64,000 bases of DNA, from the NCBI GenBank assembly GCA_951813565.1, contig OX638351.1, forward strand, positions 4,032,001 through 4,096,000. The letters run 5' to 3'. Position numbers and translations under genes: made by a program. Positions 19,941 to 28,972 of the stretch are shown here, one piece after another (within the stretch, counting starts at the first letter, position 1; every line of letters starts with the position of its first letter). Source of the stretch: an uncultured Poribacteria bacterium (GTDB lineage Bacteria; Poribacteria; WGA-4E; WGA-3G). A model generated the notes under the pieces. That model did no database searches. It worked only from the letters and a program-made list of their open reading frames with translations, and was not told the origin of the DNA.

Positions 19941-21626
19941 CTACTCCGCTTGAACCACGACAGCATTTTGGATAACCCTTTCTCCGTCTTTTGATTGCAA
20001 ACCTGGTGAGACAACCTCAACGATTGTATCGGATTCAAATTCGCCGCTGCGTTTCTCTTTGAGTTCATGATACTGAGGAGAGAATTTCGTTTTACCTGGC
20101 TCAATCGGCATTAACTCATAATCAACCAAATCAAGAAACCAGTTTAACCTTGATTGTACCATGTTGAGCGAACTGAACTCAGCAACATTTGGAAAGATTT
20201 TATCTCGTATAAACTCAACCAAAAACTTTTTGAATGCTGGGATTTTAACTTTTTCGGCATGCTTCTGTTCCAAGGCAGCCAACTTTTCAGAAAAACGTTG
20301 GAGGTAAGTATCACAGTCTTTCTGAATATCCATCAAATCTTTGTCGGTTGATGCAGTTCTATCGGGAAAGAGGGTAGGTGCTGGCGCCTTAATACCTCTT
20401 GTGTGTTTTAGAGTTTGCTTGAGTTCATTCTCAATAGTCTCAAGAGATTTGGCGAGAGTGTCTTTAGTTGTGTTTCCTTTTTTTGCAGCCTTTTTCCATT
20501 CATTTACCTCATTGACCATTAGATTCAGGAGTAGAACAGCAGTCTGTTGTTCATTCAGCGCTTCTATGTCCCAATTTTCAAGTGAAATCCCACATCCATT
20601 GTTGTAGTCGCTTTCTAATTTTTCCAAAGTAGCATGAAATTTGTCATATAAGTGTCGGTTTTGCTGCACATAATATTCCTTTTTCTTAGGGAGAGTGAAT
20701 CCGAATGTACCCGCTAATTGTCCAAATAATCCATCTTTTTTCCCATTAGATTTTGATGTAGAGGTAGCACGCGGCGGTATAAAAGTCGCTTGCTTCTTAG
20801 ATGCACTTTTTGGTAATGATGGCACTTTGATTTTAAATTGTAGTTCGGAATTTACGCTCGGAATGTAATGACCTATATATTGTGTTTTTCGTTTTGGATT
20901 CTTAACATGTTCATTACTGGAGCCGGATTTTGGTGGGATAGGTGCTACCTCAGGCTTTTCTTCCAGTGTCGTTTCACCCGGTATATATTCCTGTTGTACT
21001 CTGTGGTTTCCATCTCCGTTTGGAGTCACATCTATGTCTTGTAGTTCTAATGATGTGGGCTCATGAAACTCTGGTATTGTATTGTGTTCAACATCAATAT
21101 TTTCCTCAAAGTCCGGATTTTCAGGGGTCTGCAGGTTTGATAGTGTCGTTGCTACTTCAGATTTTTGTTGTGATGTTTTATCATACAACCCATTTTCTTG
21201 TTCGTAGGTTTGATGGTTAAACTCGTCTTTTTGCACTTGTTCAACTTCGGGATATAGAGGCGTCTGTAGTTCTGCCTCGTATGCCGAACTTTTTGGCTGA
21301 TTATCCATCAATCGTTGGTTTTGAATCTGCTTTAATTCTTCTAATATTTTTTCAGTATAAGTTGAAATTGGTTCATGATTGTCAACGTAAAATGCCAATT
21401 TGTGTGACTGAATTACCTCAACAGGGACTACAACCTCTTGTGTTTGTCTCGATAGTTGAAAAGCGGTCCAATTTACGCGTCCACTGAGTGGCTGCTGTTG
21501 GAACATCACGCGTAAACGTCTACCGTCTTCAGCTTTATTTAAAACACTCATGACAATATGGGGGCCGTTATATGTAAAACTTACCTCAATATCCCGAAAA
21601 CTACCAGTTACACTGCTTGCTGCCAT
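19941..21626 (-). CDS. Hypothetical protein with C-terminal GrpE-like domain
   Basis: C-terminus FSPQYHE...TIVEVVSPGL....RVIQNAVVV resembles the GrpE beta domain; long disordered linker and helical region upstream. Confidence 0.65.
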   Translation of the reverse strand: MAASSVTGSFRDIEVSFTYNGPHIVMSVLNKAEDGRRLRVMFQQQPLSGRVNWTAFQLSRQTQEVVVPVEVIQSHKLAFYVDNHEPISTYTEKILEELKQIQNQRLMDNQPKSSAYEAELQTPLYPEVEQVQKDEFNHQTYEQENGLYDKTSQQKSEVATTLSNLQTPENPDFEENIDVEHNTIPEFHEPTSLELQDIDVTPNGDGNHRVQQEYIPGETTLEEKPEVAPIPPKSGSSNEHVKNPKRKTQYIGHYIPSVNSELQFKIKVPSLPKSASKKQATFIPPRATSTSKSNGKKDGLFGQLAGTFGFTLPKKKEYYVQQNRHLYDKFHATLEKLESDYNNGCGISLENWDIEALNEQQTAVLLLNLMVNEVNEWKKAAKKGNTTKDTLAKSLETIENELKQTLKHTRGIKAPAPTLFPDRTASTDKDLMDIQKDCDTYLQRFSEKLAALEQKHAEKVKIPAFKKFLVEFIRDKIFPNVAEFSSLNMVQSRLNWFLDLVDYELMPIEPGKTKFSPQYHELKEKRSGEFESDTIVEVVSPGLQSKDGERVIQNAVVVQAE

Positions 21627-21993
21627 CCCTAAGTCTCCTTTTGCAAGAACTGCATTCGCAAAATGAATTTGGTATCTACCTATTACTATATGCGATTTTA
21701 AGAGGGGTCCGAACGGTGTACTAACCTACCCAAGTGTGTGCTATAGAACCGTTCGGACATTAAGGAATACAAACGCTATAAGTGCCCATATCATGTTGGC
21801 AACTTACGCTGAGAATACATTATGGAAACAGAACATTTGCGTATCGCATTCCATCTCTATTTATACATTTTAACGTTTGCAATTAATTATGGGTTACAGA
21901 AACGCTTTTATAAGAAATATATTTATTAGAGTTTTTGAAGTAGAAAAAGTGAAGTGAAGGGTGTCTTTATCCTTTTAATCTCAGCAAGGGGCA

Positions 21994-24900
21994 TTAATGC
22001 TGTATAACCATTTTCCGAGTGGCTGAAAAATTGCCCGCAGTGAGCGTATAAAAATAGATACCGCTCGCAACAGGTTCACCCAATTCATTTCGTCCATTCC
22101 AATGGACAGTATGTTTCCCTGATCGTTTATAACCGAGAAATTGATTGGACACTAAACGGCCATTTGCATCATGGATTGAGAGCGTGACTTGCGTGTCTTT
22201 AGCAAGTGAGTAGGGAATCCAAGTTTCGGGGTTAAACGGGTTGGGGAAGTTTTGGAAAAGTTGATTGTGGACAACTATTGTGGAAAGTGTTGGTTGATAT
22301 CGTTCATTGTGTTCTGGTTCTTCTACTGCAAGGTTCAAAAGGTGTGTGTTGACACGAAAGACACTGAGTTGGTATAGATCGGTGACATATAGTGCAGAGC
22401 CAGAGACTGCAATGTCAGTTGGTGACTGTAGTCGTGAATAGCGTGCGCTGAGACGCATCGTGCGCGAGTCGATAATTTGAAGCGTATCACTATCAAGCAA
22501 ATAGAGATAATGTCCCTGAATCGCTGCAGCAATAGGCAGTTGCGTTTCAACATAGCTTGCTAACAGCGTAAGCTGCTGAGGGTCTTTCCCATCTAATTTT
22601 AAAACACCTTGATGGCTATCCAAGACATATACAAATTCACCAGCAAGACATACATTTGTTGCTGTGCCTTCTGTAGTGAAGTGAGCAATTGGATGGGGAA
22701 GTGCTGGTTCAGAAATATCTAAAATGTGGACGCCACCTTCAAGTGCAGCAACATAAGCGTTTGAGGTGTTAAAATCAATTTTATATGCACTACCTATGAA
22801 CTCGCGTTGGGAAACAATTTGACTGCGTTTCGGTTCGCTAATGTCAACTACAATAAGAGACTTCGCACATAGATAAGCATAATCGTCAATTATCGCAATT
22901 CCCCAAACAGGGTTTGTAGTGTTTATATGTGTGAGAGTTTTTCCTGTTTCCAGCTCAACAATTTCCATTCCCACATCCGTGCCAACGAAGGCGTGTTCCT
23001 TCTCAATCTGAACACTTAGCACTCCTTGATCACTTGAAAAAGCGCGGATATCTTGCGTAATTTTACCGTTGTAAGAATCAGTCATTTCAGCTATTTTTAA
23101 TCCGCTGGTGCCGTTTGCTATAGCAATGGTAGTTTTATCACCGTCGCTGCTTACATCAAGCCCATAAGCAATGCCGCTTGCATTATAGTGATTTATCCAG
23201 ATTGGAATGTCAGGCTTTGTAACATCAAGAGTTTGTATACCCCCTTTTCCATCTGCAATATATGCATAAGTTGTCTTCTCTGCAGCCGAATACCGTAGTG
23301 CGATATCTTGTGCATTGCCAACAGTAGGATGCGATGAAATCAAGCGTGGAGTATTTGGATTATTCACATTAATAATGTGAAGACCGGACTGCTCATCTGT
23401 CAGGTAAAGTGCCCCTTCGTAGAACTTCACCCCTGAAGTCAAACCCGGTGTATTCACCTGCGAAATTGGTTCTGGTATTATAAGGGGACCGATATTCAGA
23501 ATGCGTAGATCACTGGAAATGGTGAGCGCATATTTTCCAAAAATCTCAAAATCAAGTGCAAGCAATGGAACAGTGCCCGTAACCGTAAATCCGCCAAGCG
23601 GGTCCGGAGTCAAAATGTATAATCCCCGTGCATTATCGCTTAAATAGATGGTTCCTTCATCATTTGTTGAGACTTTAAAAGGGGTTCCTGCTGTTTTAAA
23701 AGTTCTTCGCGGATGTGGATTTTCACTGTTGAGTACATCCTGTTCTGTGAAGACCAAGAGTCCACGAACTGCATCAAGTGCGTATAGGTTTCCGTTTGCT
23801 AAATGTACATCGCGTGCATCTTGAAACCCTCCAAGTGTTTTGACAATGCGGGGCAAAGTTGGTGGATTGACTTCAATAAGATGTACTCCTGATTCACCAT
23901 CTGCAATATAAACAACATCTCCATCAATGGCGATGGCTTGCGCGTTCCCCGGTGTCGCAATTTCACCTATCCGTGTCGGTGAAGGGTTTAATGTAAAAAT
24001 TTCAAGTCCCCAATCGCTTGTAGCAAAAGCATTTTCTTCTTGAATAACAATCTTGTTATAGTTGCTTGAGAGATGGATTTGGGTCATCGGTTCTAATTTT
24101 GTGGAGTGATTCGATGGGATTAAGGAAGTTCCCAAACGGCGTCCTAAACTTATCGGTTGCGAATTATTACCAGAGAGATGCGTTACTGAGTTAGGATACA
24201 AAAGGTATCGAGATTGTTCTATATTCCTTTGGGATATGTTTGTCGATTCTCCTATATCAATTCCTGCATCTCCTGTGCCAGACTTAGCAATATATTGAAA
24301 CGTTTGGGGATATTCGGAGGTGACGATTAACAGAATCTGTGCCTCACGATTTAAATTATCAATTTCGATCTTGTGCGTATGAGGTGTAGCTGCAGCATTC
24401 GGTTCTGATACGGGCGGAATGGGTTTGATAACTGAAAGGTTCGTATTCGGTGCAAGATATGCTATGTTGGCGTACAGGCGTGCTTGTGAGTCTGCTTGTA
24501 GCATGAGTTCAATGTTTTCAGGCAGATTTTGAAAGAGAACATACTGTGTTCCCCAACTATCAATTGTAACTTCGTCAGAAGTTGTTGGATAACGTGTAAT
24601 GCGTGGGGTCTGTGCTGTAATTTTTCGATTGGGCAGGTTCAGATAACTAAAGGGTTTTCCTCGCCTGGGATCGTTTAACCAATTTGCAATTCCCCAATTG
24701 AAGAATGCATCAACGAAATGTCTGTTTTCCCCTAAAGTTACGTCAATAGCGGACAGACCAAGTGTATCTTCCGCGGCAAGTTGGCGAATAAAGTTAATAC
24801 CTCCGTAGTTTTCATAGAGGTAAAGGAGAAGCATAAACGCCGCGCCATAATAGATATCCGTATTATTGGCAGTCGTTAGTGACATAGTAGGGTTAGCGAG

Positions 24901-25659
24901 GTAATTATCAACGAATAGTGTGTGGACTGTCCCATAGATACCCCATTCTGTAAAGGACGCAATGCCTTCCTCTAACCAACGCTGATCGCTTGTGCCACCA
25001 TTCTGATACCAATTAATAAGATGTGCAAATTCGTGTGTAAGACTACTATAGAAGGTATGCCGAGAACGTTCTTTGAACTGGAATATATCCATATAGAGCA
25101 TATCGCGGCGATTACTCGTTGGGTATGTGGGATGCTGGTCGGTAGGAGAGAAATAGCCACCGTAATCCCGTCCTGAAGCGTTCATGCCGACATCGTGGAA
25201 TAAGATAGTTATTCTGTTGTCGCGGTCTAAACCGGGTTGAAGTTCTGAACCAATCCAGTGATGTACTTTAGGATAAATATTCGTGTCAAACGTATTGGCA
25301 ACTGCAACTGCCTCGTTTTTAGTAAGCATATCCGAAACAGTGTTTTCGATGTAAATATAACAGTGCACGCCTACTGCAACACAGGTGGCTTTGACAGACG
25401 TTTCAGGAATGTGAATAAAAAATCGGTCTATTTGTCCTAATTTTGCAGGTGCTGCGGGTGCTGCCAAAACCCTCTCAGCGTTTGTCGACTTAAAATCTTG
25501 AATTAACGGTGAGTTTTCAATTAACAACGGAGTACCGCACTTCCAAGGATCCGCGTGAAGAACGGAAGCAAAACTACAGAACCATGCAAGAAAAGAAATT
25601 ATACAGGCTATCGCAAAATTTCGTCGTATTAAGGGGTGAGTGTATAAAGCTTTTGACAT
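21994..25659 (-). CDS. Secreted metallopeptidase with LVIVD repeats and FlgD-Ig/T9SS-like C-terminal domain
   Basis: Signal peptide; HEFAH..WLEEG; many YIADG.GL.I.D repeats; QNFPNPFNPETWIPY..WNGRN..GE.VASGIYFY..TRKM. Confidence 0.85.
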   Translation of the reverse strand: MSKALYTHPLIRRNFAIACIISFLAWFCSFASVLHADPWKCGTPLLIENSPLIQDFKSTNAERVLAAPAAPAKLGQIDRFFIHIPETSVKATCVAVGVHCYIYIENTVSDMLTKNEAVAVANTFDTNIYPKVHHWIGSELQPGLDRDNRITILFHDVGMNASGRDYGGYFSPTDQHPTYPTSNRRDMLYMDIFQFKERSRHTFYSSLTHEFAHLINWYQNGGTSDQRWLEEGIASFTEWGIYGTVHTLFVDNYLANPTMSLTTANNTDIYYGAAFMLLLYLYENYGGINFIRQLAAEDTLGLSAIDVTLGENRHFVDAFFNWGIANWLNDPRRGKPFSYLNLPNRKITAQTPRITRYPTTSDEVTIDSWGTQYVLFQNLPENIELMLQADSQARLYANIAYLAPNTNLSVIKPIPPVSEPNAAATPHTHKIEIDNLNREAQILLIVTSEYPQTFQYIAKSGTGDAGIDIGESTNISQRNIEQSRYLLYPNSVTHLSGNNSQPISLGRRLGTSLIPSNHSTKLEPMTQIHLSSNYNKIVIQEENAFATSDWGLEIFTLNPSPTRIGEIATPGNAQAIAIDGDVVYIADGESGVHLIEVNPPTLPRIVKTLGGFQDARDVHLANGNLYALDAVRGLLVFTEQDVLNSENPHPRRTFKTAGTPFKVSTNDEGTIYLSDNARGLYILTPDPLGGFTVTGTVPLLALDFEIFGKYALTISSDLRILNIGPLIIPEPISQVNTPGLTSGVKFYEGALYLTDEQSGLHIINVNNPNTPRLISSHPTVGNAQDIALRYSAAEKTTYAYIADGKGGIQTLDVTKPDIPIWINHYNASGIAYGLDVSSDGDKTTIAIANGTSGLKIAEMTDSYNGKITQDIRAFSSDQGVLSVQIEKEHAFVGTDVGMEIVELETGKTLTHINTTNPVWGIAIIDDYAYLCAKSLIVVDISEPKRSQIVSQREFIGSAYKIDFNTSNAYVAALEGGVHILDISEPALPHPIAHFTTEGTATNVCLAGEFVYVLDSHQGVLKLDGKDPQQLTLLASYVETQLPIAAAIQGHYLYLLDSDTLQIIDSRTMRLSARYSRLQSPTDIAVSGSALYVTDLYQLSVFRVNTHLLNLAVEEPEHNERYQPTLSTIVVHNQLFQNFPNPFNPETWIPYSLAKDTQVTLSIHDANGRLVSNQFLGYKRSGKHTVHWNGRNELGEPVASGIYFYTLTAGNFSATRKMVIQH

Positions 25660-25729
25660 TAGGAGCCCAAATTCCTTATAATGGGTATTATTTTTTTCTT
25701 GTTTTAGCTATGATCAAATATATAAAACT

Positions 25730-26149
25730 ATGAAACCTTTTGAATACATTGAACATACTGCAGATGCGGGAATGCGTGTTAGTGGAAAAACGTTACACTC
25801 TCTCTTTAATCATGCCGCACAGGGGGTATTTGAAATGATTGCTGTTGTGGACACAATTGATGAAACCTTATCAATTGACGTTGACATTGTGGCTGAATCT
25901 GTTGAAATGTTATTTGTTAAATGGTTAGATGAATTAATTTTCAGACACGAAACAGATGAGATTTTCTTTAAGCGATCGAATATTCGGAGTATCAGTACTA
26001 CAGAACTGTCTGCTCAGGTGTTTGGCGAACCCACAAATTTCGACAAACATATCGTTTATACAGAAATTAAGGCTGTAACCTATCATCAGTTATATGTAAT
26101 TCAAAATCCCAACGGTATTTGGGAAGCGCAAGTTATTTTTGATTTATAA
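25730..26149 (+). CDS. Archease
   Basis: EHTAD, EIKAVTYH and C-terminal FDL motifs. Confidence 0.9.
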   Translation: MKPFEYIEHTADAGMRVSGKTLHSLFNHAAQGVFEMIAVVDTIDETLSIDVDIVAESVEMLFVKWLDELIFRHETDEIFFKRSNIRSISTTELSAQVFGEPTNFDKHIVYTEIKAVTYHQLYVIQNPNGIWEAQVIFDL

Positions 26150-26183
26150 TTGATCTTGTGGAAAGCAAATAACACATTAGGTT

Positions 26184-27962
26184 TTACAACTTTTCTTTTA
26201 CGAGAATCACCTGATTCGGTTTGACATCTTCAAATTTATTTATTTTTCCACTGGGCCAAAACACCTCAATAGTTTCAATAATCTCGTCTTTTTTTATTCC
26301 GAAGATTGCTGTCAGTTCGCTTTGAGAACAGTAACTTGAACCACTTTTAACAGTTTGCGTTTGTGTGCCAGTGGCGGAAGTAATTCGGATGCGTGCGCCT
26401 ATACCGTTACGGTTACTCAATCGTCCAAGAAGTTGTATTTTAATCCAACTGTTGCGGTTGCCACCATCATTACGGTATAGATGCACTTGCCCATTGGATG
26501 TGGTAACAAGTATATCTAAATCCCCGTCATTATCTATGTCACCGTAGGCTGCACCTCTCCCGACAATCGGTTTTGCTAAATCTGGCCCTACCTCGTGAAG
26601 AACATCAGTGAACTTTCCATCGGAGACATTGTGAAATAGGTGTGGTCGTTGTGCGTATGTAACTTCACTCTGGACGATGTTTATGTCAGTTTCGACATGC
26701 CCGTTTGCCGTAAAGATATCCAAATGTCCATCTAAGTCAAAATCGAAAAAAAAGCAGCCAAAGGTAAGCGTCAATAAAGTTGCCTTTCCGAGTTGGGCAA
26801 CTGGTGCATCGTCAAGAAAAAAATCACCTTCGTCGTGGTAAAGATTCAACATTTCATTGGAAAAATTACCGACGATGAGGCTTTCTCTACCACTACGGTT
26901 GTAGTCAGCGGCATCAACACCCATTGCACCGGTGGCAACGCCGCTTTCATTATACGCTACGCCAGCCAGCATCCCGACTTCAATGAAAGTGCCATCGCCA
27001 TTGTTTTGATAGAGTTTATTCGGTTGTGTGTCATTTGCTTCAAAGATGTCGGGTAAACCATCTTGGTTGTGGTCCAAGATGCAAACACCTAATGATTTAC
27101 TTGAGGAGTCGCTTATACCTGATATACCAGAGACATCCAGAAATGTGCCATCGCCGCGATTTCGAAAAAGTTTACTCGCTTGACCAGTATATGATTCGGG
27201 CGTACAATAGGATTTGTTTTTACCATCAAGAGTGCAGAAAATGTCTGTCTCTATACTCCACTCAACGTAGTTTGCCACATATATGTCGAGGTGTCCATCC
27301 AGATCATAATCGAACCATGCACAACTTGTTCCAAAACCTTGATTATCAATTCCTGCGGTTTCAGTCACATCCAGAAATGTGCCATCTCCCTTGTTTTGAA
27401 ATAATTTGTCAGCATTCAGGCAACTCAGATAAATGTCATTATCTCCATCGTTATCGTAATCCGCTATTGCAACGCCCATACCGTAGAGTGGAATATCTAA
27501 GCCTGCATCTTCGGTAACATCGCTGAAGCTACCATCCTGATTGTTGCGATAGAGTGCTAAGGTTTGTCGCTTTCCAGTTGAGTGTCCTTTCCAGTCTTTT
27601 CCATTAACGAGAAGGATGTCCTGCCACCCATCTGCATTGTAGTCAAAGAATGCACAACCTGATCCCATTGTTTCTGGTAAATATTTCTTCCCGAATGCTC
27701 CATTATTATGGACGAAGTCTATCCCCGCTGCTTGAGTGATTTCAGTGAATTTGGGCAGTGGATTTGCAGATACGCTCGCAATTGTAAGAAAACAATAAAG
27801 CAGCACTATAATACCATTTCTAAATAATAGCTTCTCATTAACAAAAATGCGTTTGTAGTCGCGCAATTTATTGCGCCTCGGACATTCATCTAAAAATTTG
27901 TTACACAATCTCATAAATGGGAGTTTCTTTATTGGAATTGGTATAACTTTCAATTTTTTCAT
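26184..27962 (-). CDS. CRTAC1-family protein (FG-GAP repeats + ASPIC/UnbV), with in-frame MITE in the signal peptide
   Basis: Repeated DxDxDG.xD motifs; SNRNGIGARI..GSSY.SQS..FG. Confidence 0.9.
   Translation of the reverse strand: MKKLKVIPIPIKKLPFMRLCNKFLDECPRRNKLRDYKRIFVNEKLLFRNGIIVLLYCFLTIASVSANPLPKFTEITQAAGIDFVHNNGAFGKKYLPETMGSGCAFFDYNADGWQDILLVNGKDWKGHSTGKRQTLALYRNNQDGSFSDVTEDAGLDIPLYGMGVAIADYDNDGDNDIYLSCLNADKLFQNKGDGTFLDVTETAGIDNQGFGTSCAWFDYDLDGHLDIYVANYVEWSIETDIFCTLDGKNKSYCTPESYTGQASKLFRNRGDGTFLDVSGISGISDSSSKSLGVCILDHNQDGLPDIFEANDTQPNKLYQNNGDGTFIEVGMLAGVAYNESGVATGAMGVDAADYNRSGRESLIVGNFSNEMLNLYHDEGDFFLDDAPVAQLGKATLLTLTFGCFFFDFDLDGHLDIFTANGHVETDINIVQSEVTYAQRPHLFHNVSDGKFTDVLHEVGPDLAKPIVGRGAAYGDIDNDGDLDILVTTSNGQVHLYRNDGGNRNSWIKIQLLGRLSNRNGIGARIRITSATGTQTQTVKSGSSYCSQSELTAIFGIKKDEIIETIEVFWPSGKINKFEDVKPNQVILVKEKL
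27812..27943. mobile_element. 132-bp MITE (TACCAwTTC TIR, 3-bp TSD) inserted in frame in a CDS
   Basis: TAA at 27809-27811 and 27944-27946; contains a REP at 27855-27877; removal gives MKKLKVIVLLYCFLTIASVSA. Confidence 0.8.
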
Positions 27963-27989
27963 TAAGGACTCTGAAAACGGTTATTTTAA

Positions 27990-28154
27990 TAGGACTTACG
28001 CAATTTTCACGGTTTTTCCAATAATTATGACTCAAATGATGTAATTTTCAGCAGAATTCAGAGTTCTCAGCGCGTTTACAAAACGCCAAATCAAGAAATC
28101 AACGGTATGAATGCCATTTAGACATTCCCGCCTACCGTTTGTGCGTAAGCCCTG
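27990..28154. mobile_element. IS701-type MITE carrying a REP with a mini-hairpin insert (28087-28129)
   Basis: TAGGACTTACGCA / TGCGTAAGCCCTG ends match the IS end at 431-443; TTTAA on both sides. Confidence 0.75.
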
Positions 28155-28176
28155 TTTAAGTAGATGAAAGGGTTTA

Positions 28177-28221
28177 TACCATTTCTATGTGATTTATACA
28201 GAAAACAGGTATGATATGGTA
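28177..28221. mobile_element. 45-bp MITE of the TACCA family
   Basis: TTA-TACCATTTC...GATATGGTA-TTA. Confidence 0.55.
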
Positions 28222-28228
28222 TTATACC

Positions 28229-28963
28229 TCACTTCATTTTAAGTTTTGCCCAAGTCGTTGCAAGTTTAGAGCGCGATGAGACAACCTGAGGTGTTCGTCT
28301 GCCGGGACCACCATTTGGTATATTGTCTCCAGTAATTTCAACATCATCAAACCTTACCCGCGCATCTGCGACCACGAGACCAGCTTGACCGCCATCTAAT
28401 GGCTCAGGATCAAATGCTGTGAAAACTTGGGGCTCAGCATCAGGCTCTGCATCCAAATTTTGTATACTAAACTCAAGATCTCCTTCTTCATAAACAGTAG
28501 CTTTAAGTTGATACCATGTATCTTCTTCTGGGGCAAAAAAGTGTCGCACGGTTGACCAGTCATCGTGAACGGATTTCACAATTCTGACAGAGTCATAGAC
28601 ATAATCAATAAAAAATAAATAGCGACTATCTTCCTCACCTCTATCGTGAAGCGTCAGTCCAATGGTTGGTGGTTCGTTTCTATCGTCAACTAACTTTGCG
28701 CTGCAGGAGACACTATAGTTTTCCCACTTCAGGTCTCCTGTCAGCCAGAGACTCATAAAACCCGGTTCAAAGATTTCACCAACAGCCTCGTTGTTATTAA
28801 TCCACCATTTTTCGGCTTGGCGATTGAGGTTATAGATTTTCCATTCGCGCGTGTCATTGTCTTCAAAATCATCTCGCCACGTGCCTGCAAAAGTAGGTAA
28901 AACCGTATAAATTGATAGACAGACAATAACGGTGAAAATAATTGTTACCATAGATTTTTTCAT
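28229..28963 (-). CDS. Secreted beta-sandwich (DUF1080-like) protein with C-terminal KLATTW motif
   Basis: Signal peptide; W.DDFED, G..GL....FDDV; tail VSSRSKLATTWAKLK. Confidence 0.75.
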   Translation of the reverse strand: MKKSMVTIIFTVIVCLSIYTVLPTFAGTWRDDFEDNDTREWKIYNLNRQAEKWWINNNEAVGEIFEPGFMSLWLTGDLKWENYSVSCSAKLVDDRNEPPTIGLTLHDRGEEDSRYLFFIDYVYDSVRIVKSVHDDWSTVRHFFAPEEDTWYQLKATVYEEGDLEFSIQNLDAEPDAEPQVFTAFDPEPLDGGQAGLVVADARVRFDDVEITGDNIPNGGPGRRTPQVVSSRSKLATTWAKLKMK

Positions 28964-28972
28964 AATATCCTC

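Noticed and set aside
25730..26149. Archease without adjacent rtcB
   Set aside because: Genes in this window are largely unlinked; the partner is probably elsewhere.
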